From positions 1-46,692 of the forward strand of contig JAICMC010000001.1 of the NCBI GenBank assembly GCA_025929465.1: 46,692 nt of DNA. The letters run 5' to 3'. Origin of the DNA: Nostocoides sp. Its GTDB lineage: Bacteria > Actinomycetota > Actinomycetes > Actinomycetales > Dermatophilaceae. Both the position numbers and the translations under genes were made by a program. Shown here piece by piece: positions 25,419-34,426 of this stretch. The first letter of the stretch is position 1; each line of letters starts with the position of its first letter. The notes beneath the pieces are model-generated. The model was not told the DNA's origin and searched no databases. It worked only from the letters and a program-made list of their open reading frames with translations.

Positions 25419-26980
25419 CCGAGGCATCGACCGCGATGACCGGTCACGGAGCGGATGCACCCGGGCCCAGCCACGTCGCCCGTGCTGCCCGAGGGGGCGC
25501 GCTCAACCTGGCCGGGGCCATGGTGTCGGGCCTGTCCGCGTTCGCGCTGGCAACCGTCGTCACCAACGGCCACACCAAGGCTGAGGCCGGCGTCTTCTTC
25601 ACCACGACGTCGTTGTTCCTCCTCGCCACGAACATCGGTCAGCTGGGCACCAACACCGGCCTGGTCTACTTCCTGTCCCGCGCACGCGGCGCCGGGACGC
25701 TGCGCAACGCGAACCGCTACATGCGGCTCGGCATGCAGCCGGTCCTGCTCGTCGGCGTGGTCATCGCCGTCGCCATGTGGGTCTGGGCTGAGCCACTCGG
25801 CGCGCTCATGTCCAAGGGCGAGACCGACCACACGCTGACCACCGCGATCCGCTGGCTCGCCCCGTTCGTCCCCCTCGCCGCCGTCCTCAACGTGTCCATC
25901 TCGGGCACGCGCGGGCTGGGCACGATGCGCGCCAACGCGATCGTCGACCAGCTGGCCCGACCTCTGCTCCAGCTCGGGCTGGTGGCGGTCGCCTCCTGGT
26001 GGGTCTCGGCGCGACAGATGTCGACGCTGTGGGCGCTTCCGTACCTGCCCCTCGCTGCCGTCGCCTGGTGGTCATGGCGCCAGATGGTGCATCGGGCCAC
26101 GCGCGGCACGACCGCCGACCCCGACTATCACCCGCGCAAGGTCTTCTGGGCGTTCACGCTGCCTCGGGGGCTGGCCGGTGTCGCCCAGGTCGCCATGCAA
26201 CGCCTCGACGTCATCCTCGTGGGGTCGATGGCGGGCATCGGTCCGGCAGCGGTCTACGCCGCGACGACCCGGTTCCTCTCCCTGGGCCTGCTTGCCAACG
26301 GCGCGATCTCCCAGGCCGTGCAGCCCCTCCTCGGTGAGGCTCTCGGACGCGACGACCGCCGGTCGGCGCGCGAGCTCTACCAGACGGCCACGGCCTGGCT
26401 GGTCATCGGTGCCTGGCCGGTCTACCTCGTCCTGATGATCTTCGCGCCGACCATCCTGCGGATCTTCGGCAAGGGCTACCAGGGCGGCAGCTCGGTCCTC
26501 ATCCTGCTGTCGGCCAGCATGGTTCTCGGGACCGGCTGCGGAATGGTGAGCATGGTCCTCACGATGGCCGGGAAGACCTCGTGGAACCTGGCCAACGTGC
26601 TGCTCGCCTTCGGCGTCAACATCGGGCTGGACCTGTGGCTCATCCCCTCCCACGGCATCATGGGAGCGGCGATCGGCTGGGCTGCCGCCATCCTCGCGGC
26701 CAACGTCGTCCCACTGCTGCAGGTCAGCACGGCCTTCGGCCTGCACCCGTTCGGGCGCGGGACCCTGCTCGCCATGATGCTCGCCCTTGCGTGCATGGGG
26801 GCGGTCCCCCTGGGTGTCGAGATCGCCTTGGGCCAGGGCGCGCGGTCCCTCCTCATCGGGCTGGTCCTCGGCGCGCTGCTGTATGCCGCCTCGCTGTGGC
26901 GCACCCGCCGGCAGACCGCTCTGCTCGACCTGCTCAAGGCCGGTCGGCGCCGCTCGCGCCCGGCACCTGCCCCCGAGTAG
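25415..26980 (+). CDS. Wzx-type oligosaccharide flippase (MOP superfamily)
   Basis: ARGGALNL, QLGTNTGLV, QRLDVILVG, AVYAATTR, LIPSHGIMGAAIGW; about 14 TMs. Confidence 0.85.
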   Translation: MTEASTAMTGHGADAPGPSHVARAARGGALNLAGAMVSGLSAFALATVVTNGHTKAEAGVFFTTTSLFLLATNIGQLGTNTGLVYFLSRARGAGTLRNANRYMRLGMQPVLLVGVVIAVAMWVWAEPLGALMSKGETDHTLTTAIRWLAPFVPLAAVLNVSISGTRGLGTMRANAIVDQLARPLLQLGLVAVASWWVSARQMSTLWALPYLPLAAVAWWSWRQMVHRATRGTTADPDYHPRKVFWAFTLPRGLAGVAQVAMQRLDVILVGSMAGIGPAAVYAATTRFLSLGLLANGAISQAVQPLLGEALGRDDRRSARELYQTATAWLVIGAWPVYLVLMIFAPTILRIFGKGYQGGSSVLILLSASMVLGTGCGMVSMVLTMAGKTSWNLANVLLAFGVNIGLDLWLIPSHGIMGAAIGWAAAILAANVVPLLQVSTAFGLHPFGRGTLLAMMLALACMGAVPLGVEIALGQGARSLLIGLVLGALLYAASLWRTRRQTALLDLLKAGRRRSRPAPAPE

Positions 26981-26999
26981 GGCCCGCGGCTCACACGCC

Positions 27000-27036
27000 G
27001 ACGGGGCAGGCCCCACCGTGGTGGGCCTGCCCCGTC
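27000..27036. terminator. Hairpin between convergent flippase and cysN
   Basis: GACGGGGCAGGCCC...GGGCCTGCCCCGTC 14-bp stem. Confidence 0.7.
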
Positions 27037-27054
27037 GCGGAACCCGCTGGGCGC

Positions 27055-28308
27055 TCAGCGAGCCTCGGTGATCATGCCGGCACCCACCGTGCGGTTGGTG
27101 CCCTCGTCGATCAGGATGAACCCGCCAGTCGTGCGGTTGCGGCTGTACTCGTCGGCCATGAGCGGCTGCGTCGAGCGCAGGACGACGCGGCCGATCTCGT
27201 TGAGGCGCAAGGAGCCTGCGCTCTCGTCACGGTGCAACGAGTTGATGTCGAGTCGGTAGGTCAGGTCCTTGACGATGGTTCGCGCCGTCCGCGTCGTGTG
27301 CTTGATCGCATACTTGGCACCGGGTCGCAGCTCGGCCTTCTCGTCCATCCAGCAGATCATCGCGTCGATGTCCTGGCTGACCTCGGGCTGGTTGTTCGGC
27401 CGGCAGATCATGTCACCGCGCGACACGTCGACGTCGTCCTCCAGCCGGATGGTCACCGACATCGGGGGGTAGGCCGCGTCGATCTCGCCGTCGGCCGTCT
27501 CGACCGAGGCGACCTTGGAGGTGAAGCCCGACGGCAGGACGATGACGTCATCGCCCTTGCGGAACACCCCGCCCGCGACCTGACCGGCATACCCCCGGTA
27601 GTCGTGCCACGCGTCGGACTGCGGACGGATGACGTACTGGACGGGGAAGCGCGCGTCGATCAGGTTGCGGTCGCTCGCGATGTGGACGTTCTCCAGGTGG
27701 TGGAGCAGGCTGGTGCCCTCGTACCAGGGCATGTTCTCCGACCTGGACACCACGTTGTCGCCGTTGAGGGCGGAGACCGGGATGACCGTCAGGTCCGGGA
27801 TCCGCAGCTTGGTCGCGAAGGCCTTGAACTCCTCGTGGATGGCGTTGTAGACCTCCTGGGAGTAGTCGACGAGGTCCATCTTGTTGACGCACAGGACGAT
27901 GTGCGGCACCTGGAGCAGGGTCGCGAGGAACGCGTGCCGCCGGCTCTGCTCGATGATGCCCTTGCGGGCGTCGACGAGCACGAGGGCCAGGTCCGCGGTG
28001 GAGGCCCCGGTGACCATGTTGCGGGTGTACTGGATGTGCCCGGGGGTGTCGGCGATGATGAACTTGCGCTGCGGGGTGGCGAAGTAGCGGTAGGCCACAT
28101 CGATGGTGATGCCCTGCTCCCGCTCGGCTCGGAGCCCGTCGGTCAGCAGCGCGAGGTTGACCCGCTCCTCGCCGCGCTCGGCGCTGACCCGCTCGACAGC
28201 CTCGATCTGGTCGGCGAAGACCGTCTTGGTGTCGTACAGGAGACGCCCGATGAGCGTGCTCTTGCCGTCGTCGACCGATCCTGCGGTCGCGAACCTGAGG
28301 ATATCCAT
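27055..28308 (-). CDS. cysN: Sulfate adenylyltransferase subunit 1 (GTPase), without a fused APS kinase
   Basis: GSVDDGKSTLIGRLL, EREQGITIDVAYRYF, DTPGH, NKMD; ends TVGAGMI. Confidence 0.96.
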   Translation of the reverse strand: MDILRFATAGSVDDGKSTLIGRLLYDTKTVFADQIEAVERVSAERGEERVNLALLTDGLRAEREQGITIDVAYRYFATPQRKFIIADTPGHIQYTRNMVTGASTADLALVLVDARKGIIEQSRRHAFLATLLQVPHIVLCVNKMDLVDYSQEVYNAIHEEFKAFATKLRIPDLTVIPVSALNGDNVVSRSENMPWYEGTSLLHHLENVHIASDRNLIDARFPVQYVIRPQSDAWHDYRGYAGQVAGGVFRKGDDVIVLPSGFTSKVASVETADGEIDAAYPPMSVTIRLEDDVDVSRGDMICRPNNQPEVSQDIDAMICWMDEKAELRPGAKYAIKHTTRTARTIVKDLTYRLDINSLHRDESAGSLRLNEIGRVVLRSTQPLMADEYSRNRTTGGFILIDEGTNRTVGAGMITEAR

Positions 28309-29225
28309 CAGAAGTAGCCCTCTCGCTTGCGGTCTTCCATGGAAGCCTCGCTGAACTTGTCGTCACCGCGGGTCGCGCCCCGCTCGGTGACCCGGGTGGA
28401 CGCCACCTCCTCGATGACCTTGTCTATGGTGTCGGCGTCGGACTCGACGGCAGCGGTGAGTGTGGCGTCCCCCACCGTGCGGTAGCGGACCCGCTTGGTC
28501 ACGACCTTCTCGTCGGCCTTGGGCACGATGAACTCGTTGACCGCGAACAGCATTCCGCCGCGGTCGACGACCTCGCGGTCGTGCGCGTAGTAGATCGAGG
28601 GGAGCTCGATGTCCTCGTGCTCGATGTAGGTCCAGATGTCCAGCTCGGTCCAGTTGGACAGCGGGAACACCCGGATGCTCTCACCCACGTGGGTGCGCCC
28701 GTTGTACAGGCTCCACAGCTCGGGGCGTTGGTTCTTGGGGTCCCACTGGCCGAACTCGTCACGGAAGGAGTACACCCGTTCCTTGGCCCGGGCCTTGTCC
28801 TCGTCCCGGCGTGCGCCGCCGAAGATGGCCTGGAAGCGGTGCTTCTCCAGCGTCTCCAGGAGCACCGGCGTCTGGATCCGGTTGCGGGTGCCATCGGGCG
28901 GCTCGACGACGCTGCCGTTGTCGATGGCCTCCTGGACGCTGCCGACGATGAGCTGCAGGTTGAGCTCGGCGGCGAGCCGGTCACGCAGCTCCAGGACCTC
29001 GGGAAAGTTCTGACCGGTGTCGACGTGCAGGACCGGCATCGGGATGTTGGCGGGGTAGAAGGCCCGCTGCGCCAGCTTGAGCATGACGATGGAGTCCTTG
29101 CCGCCGGAGAACATGAGCACCGGTCGTTCGAACTCCGCGATCACCTCGCGGAACATGTGGATGGACTCGGCTTCGAGCAGGTCGAGTTGGCTCAGCTGGT
29201 AGTTGGACAGTTCGGCGTCAGCCAC
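28308..29225 (-). CDS. cysD: Sulfate adenylyltransferase subunit 2
   Basis: LEAESIH, FSGGKDS, GGARRDE, QWDPKNQRPELW, RVFPLSNWTE, RKREGYF. GTG 29225 with GAGGA SD (alternative ATG 29240). Confidence 0.96.
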   Translation of the reverse strand: MADAELSNYQLSQLDLLEAESIHMFREVIAEFERPVLMFSGGKDSIVMLKLAQRAFYPANIPMPVLHVDTGQNFPEVLELRDRLAAELNLQLIVGSVQEAIDNGSVVEPPDGTRNRIQTPVLLETLEKHRFQAIFGGARRDEDKARAKERVYSFRDEFGQWDPKNQRPELWSLYNGRTHVGESIRVFPLSNWTELDIWTYIEHEDIELPSIYYAHDREVVDRGGMLFAVNEFIVPKADEKVVTKRVRYRTVGDATLTAAVESDADTIDKVIEEVASTRVTERGATRGDDKFSEASMEDRKREGYF

Positions 29226-29997
29226 GATCAGGGTCCTCATGGGTCAGGGTGGAGATGGCGTCCAGCAGCATGGAGGCCAGCTGCGGACGGCAGATGAGCA
29301 GGTCGGGAAGCTTGGGGTCCTCACGGTTGTAGTCCAGCGGGGTGCCGTCGATCCGGCTCGTGTGCAGTCCGGCGGCTCGCGCCACCGCGACGGGTGCCGC
29401 ACTGTCCCACTCGAACTGACCACCGGCGTGGACGTAGGCGTCGACGACGTCGTCGACGACAGCAGTCGCCTTGATCCCCGCGGAACCCATGGGAACCAGC
29501 TCGGCGTCGATCGCCGCGGCCAGCCGGGTGACGAACTCGGGGGGACGGGTCCGGCTCACGGCCAGCCGGACCGGACCGTCGGCCCGGGCCGGCACGGTGA
29601 GCACCTCGTCGGTGGCCAGGGTGGACCCCATGGCCGGGCGGGCGACGGCACCGCTCACGAGGTCGCCGTTCTCCCACAGGGCGACGTGAACGGCCCAGTC
29701 GGAGCGCGGCACCTCGCCGAACTCCCGGGTTCCGTCGAGCGGGTCGACGATCCAGACCCGCTCGGCAGCCAGCCGGACGGTGCTGTCGACACCTTCCTCG
29801 CTGAGGACGGCGTCGTTCGGACGTGTGGTGGACAACAACTCCATGAGCAGGGTGTGCGACTGTGCGTCGCCGGCCGACCTCAGGTCGGCGGCATCTCCGG
29901 TCCAACCGGACCGAAGGTCCAGCAGGAGACGGCCGGCAGCGTCGGCGAGAGCTCGTGAGAGTGCGTGGTCGTCCAGTCCGGTGAAGGACTGTTGCAT
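29218..29997 (-). CDS. cysQ: 3'(2'),5'-bisphosphate nucleotidase (PAP phosphatase)
   Basis: LSEE, WIVDPLDGTREF, MGSAG, EWDSAAP. Confidence 0.92.
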   Translation of the reverse strand: MQQSFTGLDDHALSRALADAAGRLLLDLRSGWTGDAADLRSAGDAQSHTLLMELLSTTRPNDAVLSEEGVDSTVRLAAERVWIVDPLDGTREFGEVPRSDWAVHVALWENGDLVSGAVARPAMGSTLATDEVLTVPARADGPVRLAVSRTRPPEFVTRLAAAIDAELVPMGSAGIKATAVVDDVVDAYVHAGGQFEWDSAAPVAVARAAGLHTSRIDGTPLDYNREDPKLPDLLICRPQLASMLLDAISTLTHEDPDRG

Positions 29998-31536
29998 TTA
30001 GTAGGCCCCTGATCCATTGAAAACGGCGCGGAATGTGCGTGTGACGATCTGCAGATCCAGTGACGGCGACCAGTTGTCGACGTACCAGAGGTCCAGACGT
30101 AGTGAATCCTCCCATGAGAGGTCACTGCGGCCCGAAACCTGCCACAGTCCGGTCATCCCCGGACGGACCCGCAGGCGCCGGAGCGCGTCGAACTCGTAGG
30201 CGTCGACCTCGGATCGCAGCGGCGGCCGGGGGCCGACGAGCGACATGTGGCCGAGCATGACGTTGAGCAGCTGGGGCAGCTCGTCGAGGGAGTACTTGCG
30301 CAGGACCCTGCCGACCCGCGTGATGCGGGGGTCCTCGCGCATCTTGAAGAGCACGTCGTTTCCGTCCGAGCGCTGGGCCAGGGCCGCCAGGCGTGCCTCG
30401 ACATCGACGCACATGGAGCGGAACTTGTACATGGTGAACGGCGCACCGCCGTTGCCCACCCGTTGCTGCTTGAACAGCGCCGGCCCCTTGCTGTCCCACC
30501 GGATCATGGCAGCCAGCAGGAGCAGGATCGGGGAGAAGACCAGGACGATGGCGCCGGCGAAGACGCGGTCGGCGACGGACTTCATCGAGTAGGTGACTCC
30601 GCTGGCCAGCGGCCGCTCGACGTGCAGCATGGGTAGTCCGTTGGCCGGGCGCAGATGCAGACGTGGACCGGCGACGCCGACGATCCCGGGAGCGACGAGC
30701 AGGTCCACGCCCCGGTACTCCAGCGACCAACCCAACCGCCGTAGCGAGTCGCCCGACAGGTCGGGGTTGCTGGCGACGGCCACCAGGTCGGCGTGCAGCT
30801 CGTCGACCGCCTGGAGCGTGTCGTCCAGGCCACCGACGATCGGGACGCCTTCGATGGTGCCGAGTGACATCCAGGTGTCGTCCACCTCCGAGACGCAGGC
30901 GCCCACCACCCGGAGCCCGGTGCTTGCCGGCTCGCGCTGGATCTGGCGGACCATGTCGGCGACCGCGTGGACCGGCCCGACCACGACGGTGGACTGCAGG
31001 TTCTCGCCCTGCTTGCGGGTGCGCATGAGGGCGTTGCGCAGGGCCCACCGGCTGAGCATGGTCAGGATGACGACGGCCGGCAGGACGAAGAGGGCGAACG
31101 CGCGGGACACCTCCAGCTTGAAGGCGTAGGAGAACACCGACAACGACGCGAGCAGCACCACCAGGGAACGCAGCACGGCCCGGTACTCCTCGTTGCCGGT
31201 CCCGAGGAAGCGCGCGGCGTAGGCGCCGCAGCGGCTGAGGCAGAAGACCCAGGCGAGCGGAACGACGACCGCGGTGGCCTTGGTCGACGCGCCGCTGGCC
31301 GCCCAGGTCTCGTTGGGTCCGCCGAAGATCGTCAGGCGGAGCACCAGGCTGCCGGCCGACGCGAGCCCCGCGAGGAGCAGGTCCAGGACCACCGCACGTC
31401 GGCGGTACTGCGACTGCCACGGCGCCAGGCCGTGCTTGACCACGGCATGGCCGGACTGCACCAGGTCCACGAACGGCTCGACCTTCAGGCGCGCCCGGTG
31501 GCCGGTGCGTACGTTGGTACCAAATCCCAGACTCAT
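29998..31536 (-). CDS. Priming polyprenyl-phosphate glycosyl-1-phosphate transferase (WcaJ/WbaP-like)
   Basis: Four N-terminal TMs, cytoplasmic loop, KFRSM, DPRITRVG..RKYSLDELPQL, MSLVGPRP, PGMTGLWQVSGRS. Confidence 0.93.
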   Translation of the reverse strand: MSLGFGTNVRTGHRARLKVEPFVDLVQSGHAVVKHGLAPWQSQYRRRAVVLDLLLAGLASAGSLVLRLTIFGGPNETWAASGASTKATAVVVPLAWVFCLSRCGAYAARFLGTGNEEYRAVLRSLVVLLASLSVFSYAFKLEVSRAFALFVLPAVVILTMLSRWALRNALMRTRKQGENLQSTVVVGPVHAVADMVRQIQREPASTGLRVVGACVSEVDDTWMSLGTIEGVPIVGGLDDTLQAVDELHADLVAVASNPDLSGDSLRRLGWSLEYRGVDLLVAPGIVGVAGPRLHLRPANGLPMLHVERPLASGVTYSMKSVADRVFAGAIVLVFSPILLLLAAMIRWDSKGPALFKQQRVGNGGAPFTMYKFRSMCVDVEARLAALAQRSDGNDVLFKMREDPRITRVGRVLRKYSLDELPQLLNVMLGHMSLVGPRPPLRSEVDAYEFDALRRLRVRPGMTGLWQVSGRSDLSWEDSLRLDLWYVDNWSPSLDLQIVTRTFRAVFNGSGAY

Positions 31537-31813
31537 GATCCTCTGCCCTCTGCCCTCTACCCGTTCTGAACGCTTGTCGATCCCGGTGGGATGTCCCCTG
31601 GGCCAGCGATGAACCTGCGCCCGTCGTCATGCGGACGTCAGCCCCTCCCCGTTCGGCCCGCGCCGCTGGAGCGCACGCACTCCCATCCAGCGCTTAGAAG
31701 AACGCCATGACCGCCCCACTCCTTGATCGCGGTGTCGCCGTTCGCTGGCGCGATGGCAACACGCGCAACGCTAGGGAGCGTGCAGAGGGCAGAAGGTCGA
31801 TTGCGGCCCAAAG

Positions 31814-31851
31814 TCGTCCGAACGGACGAGCAGATCTGGCTGAACGGTCAA
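31814..31851. promoter_or_regulatory. Tandem palindromic operators upstream of the priming-GT/cysQDN operon
   Basis: Perfect TCGTCCG-AA-CGGACGA (31814-31829) and CTGGCTGAACGGTCAA (31836-31851); minus-strand -10 TAGCGT at 31768-31773. Confidence 0.6.
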
Positions 31852-31879
31852 CCATCGGCAGCGGGTATGCCGCGGTCGG

Positions 31880-32473
31880 TCAGGCCGGAGCGTGGAACCG
31901 CTGCTGGGCGGGCACCAGCCCGTGCACCACGACCATCTCCGCGGCGTCGGCCGCGTCACCGACAAGCAAGGGCAGATCCTTGCGCTCGGTGGTGGAGAAG
32001 TCCCGCAGCACGAAGTCGGCCGGGTCCATCCGCCCCGGTGGCCGGCCGATCCCGACCCGGACACGCAGGTAGTCCTTGGTCCCCAGGGAGGCGCTCACCG
32101 ACCGTAGCCCGTTGTGCCCCCCCTCGCCGCCGCCCTTCTTGAGCCGCACGGCGCCCGCGTCGATGTCGAGCTCGTCGTGGACGACGACCAACCGCTCGGG
32201 CGTGGCCGAGTAGAACTTCAGCAGCGCCGACACCGGACCACCGGACTCGTTCATGTAGCTGTTCGGGACGGCCAGCACGACGGGGGTGCCGGGCAGGGCA
32301 CCGAGGCGAGCCTGCGCCGCCACGGCCCCCGCCTTGTGCGGGCGCAGACGTGAGGAGGTGCGCGTCGCGAGCTCGTCGACGACCATCGCGCCGACGTTGT
32401 GCCGGTTCCCGGCATACCGGGCTCCCGGGTTGCCGAGTCCGATGATCAGCCAGGGGGCGGTCGTGGCGTTCAC
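31880..32473 (-). CDS. pth: Peptidyl-tRNA hydrolase
   Basis: [30 protein letters not shown]. Confidence 0.97.
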   Translation of the reverse strand: MNATTAPWLIIGLGNPGARYAGNRHNVGAMVVDELATRTSSRLRPHKAGAVAAQARLGALPGTPVVLAVPNSYMNESGGPVSALLKFYSATPERLVVVHDELDIDAGAVRLKKGGGEGGHNGLRSVSASLGTKDYLRVRVGIGRPPGRMDPADFVLRDFSTTERKDLPLLVGDAADAAEMVVVHGLVPAQQRFHAPA

Positions 32474-32507
32474 GCTGCGCTCCTCGCAGGCCGTCGGGAC
32501 GTGACGA

Positions 32508-32548
32508 GGCGAGTATGCCGCGGGAACCGGCCCCGCGGCATACTCGCC
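32508..32548 (-). terminator. 17-bp perfect hairpin between rplY and pth
   Basis: GGCGAGTATGCCGCGGG-N7-CCCGCGGCATACTCGCC. Confidence 0.75.
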
Positions 32549-32572
32549 CCTGTCAGATCAGCGGATGACGGT

Positions 32573-33244
32573 TCAGGCCTCTGCGTCCGCCTCGGCAGCA
32601 GGCGCGGCCTCGCCAGCGACCGCCGCCTCGCCCTCGGGCGCCTCGTGCGCGATGCCGGCCTCGGCGTCGAGCTCGGCCAGCTCGGCGTCCATCGCCTCCT
32701 GGCTGATCATCTGGGTCACGTTGACGACGAGTGCGTCGGCATCGGTGACCAGCTCGACACCAGAGGGCAGCTCGACCTGGCCGGCGAGGATCTGGGTGCC
32801 GGCCCCGAGGCCCGCCACCGAGACGACGATGGACTCGGGGATGTTCGTGGCGTCGGCCTGGACCTGGAGGGTCGCGTTGTCCAGGCTGACCACGGTCTCG
32901 GGGGCCGAGTCGCCGTCGAGGTGGACCGACACGTCGACGACGACCTTCTCGCCCTTGCGGATGACGACGAGGTCGACATGCTCGATGACCGGCTTGATCG
33001 GGTCGCGCTGGACGTCCTTGGCCAGGGCCAGCTGCTCCTCCCCGTCGATGACGAGGGTGAGGACGGCGTTGGCGTGCTTGAGGGCGAGCATGGCGTCGTG
33101 GCCCGGAAGCGTGATGTGGACCGGCTCGGTGCCGTGGCCGTACATGACGGCGGGGATCTTGCCGTCGCGACGGATCTTGCGGGCGGCGCCCTTGCCGAAC
33201 TGGGTGCGGTGCTCGACGGCCATCGTGGTGTTGTCGGAAGACAC
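32573..33244 (-). CDS. rplY: 50S ribosomal protein bL25/Ctc
   Basis: RTQFGKGAARKIRRDGKIPAVMYGHG, KDVQRDP, EHVDL; acidic tail. Confidence 0.96.
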   Translation of the reverse strand: MSSDNTTMAVEHRTQFGKGAARKIRRDGKIPAVMYGHGTEPVHITLPGHDAMLALKHANAVLTLVIDGEEQLALAKDVQRDPIKPVIEHVDLVVIRKGEKVVVDVSVHLDGDSAPETVVSLDNATLQVQADATNIPESIVVSVAGLGAGTQILAGQVELPSGVELVTDADALVVNVTQMISQEAMDAELAELDAEAGIAHEAPEGEAAVAGEAAPAAEADAEA

Positions 33245-33284
33245 GGGATCTGCTCCTGCTGCGTGGGGGGTCTCGGGGGCGGGG

Positions 33285-33391
33285 GCCTCGGCGCGGGACG
33301 CGGCACGGCAGTCGCGTTGGCCCGAACCGGATCTGCTCAGGCCACCGCGTCGATCACGGAGGTGCGTCCGTGCACCGTCCCTCGCCGAGGC
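33285..33391 (-). promoter_or_regulatory. Structured 5' leader of rplY
   Basis: 15/16 inverted repeat (33285-33300 vs 33376-33391) encloses the leader; -10 TAGGAT at 33401-33406. Confidence 0.65.
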
Positions 33392-33403
33392 AACCCCCAG
33401 ATC

Positions 33404-34414
33404 CTAGGCGCTCGGTTGCAGCGGGACGAAATCGAGGATCTCCGCTCGGCTGCCGGCACCCTCGACGACATCGCCGGTCGCCGCCGGTGCGGCAGGGCGA
33501 CGTTCGCCCAGCTTGACGGCGACGACCCCGGCGAGCACCACGGCGCCGCCGACCAGCTGCAGCCCGGTGGGGAGCTCGCCGAGCAGTGCCCAGGCGATGA
33601 CGATGGTGAACAGCACCTCGGTGAGCCCGACGAACGAGGCCACGGTGGAGCCGAGCGCCCTGGCGCCCACGATGCCGAGGACATAGGCCATCGCGCACCC
33701 GACGAGCGCCAGCTCGGCGATGGCGAGCCACCACGGCATGGTCCAGCCGGCGAAGCGCGCCGGGGCCGTCTCGACGTGCATCGGCAGCACGCCCACCAGG
33801 CCGAGCGCGCCGAGCGCCGCAGTGGCCACCGTCATGCCGAACCCGGCCAGGGCGATCGGCGGCAGCGAGGTCTCCCTCGCCGCGATGAGGAAGTAGGTCG
33901 CCAGCCCGCACGCGGCGGCCAGTCCCCAGAGGACCCCGACCGGGTCCGGCGTCGCCGCCCCGGCGATGTTGAGCACCAACGCCAGTCCCCCGAGGGCCAG
34001 CAGTGTTCCGGCTCCCGTGAGGCGAGAAGGCAGGCTACGGGTCCGCAGACAGACGACCACGACGACGAGGACGATGGCGAGGTACTCCAGGAGCAGCGCC
34101 ACACCGACCGAAAGATGCTGCAAGGCATAGAAGTACGCCACCTGACAGCCCGCGACCGCGACCGCGCCGTAGGCCACGACCGCGGCGGCGTTTGCGCGCA
34201 GCAGGTGCCAGCGTCCGCCGAGGGCCCGGATGGCCAACGGAAGCAGGATGACCGATGCGCCACCGACGCGCAGCAGGACGACGGCCCCCGAGGACCACCC
34301 GGTGACCAGCAGCGACTTGGCGAACGGGCCTGCCGTCGCGAAGACGGCTGCCGACATCAGGGCGGTGAGCAGCCCGAGTCGCTGTCCGGCACGAGCTCGC
34401 AGCTGGCGGACCAC
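33404..34414 (-). CDS. EamA/DMT family transporter
   Basis: GPFAKSLL..GWS, CQVAYFYALQHLSVGVALLLEYL, ASFVGLTEV; 10 TMs in two repeats. Confidence 0.9.
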   Translation of the reverse strand: MVRQLRARAGQRLGLLTALMSAAVFATAGPFAKSLLVTGWSSGAVVLLRVGGASVILLPLAIRALGGRWHLLRANAAAVVAYGAVAVAGCQVAYFYALQHLSVGVALLLEYLAIVLVVVVVCLRTRSLPSRLTGAGTLLALGGLALVLNIAGAATPDPVGVLWGLAAACGLATYFLIAARETSLPPIALAGFGMTVATAALGALGLVGVLPMHVETAPARFAGWTMPWWLAIAELALVGCAMAYVLGIVGARALGSTVASFVGLTEVLFTIVIAWALLGELPTGLQLVGGAVVLAGVVAVKLGERRPAAPAATGDVVEGAGSRAEILDFVPLQPSA

Positions 34415-34426
34415 GGTGATCTCCTA

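Noticed and set aside
27055-29997. Cysteine-biosynthesis (assimilatory sulfate reduction) operon
   Set aside because: No cysH, sulfite reductase or cysteine synthase; the presence of CysQ and sulfotransferases indicates PAPS supply for sulfation.
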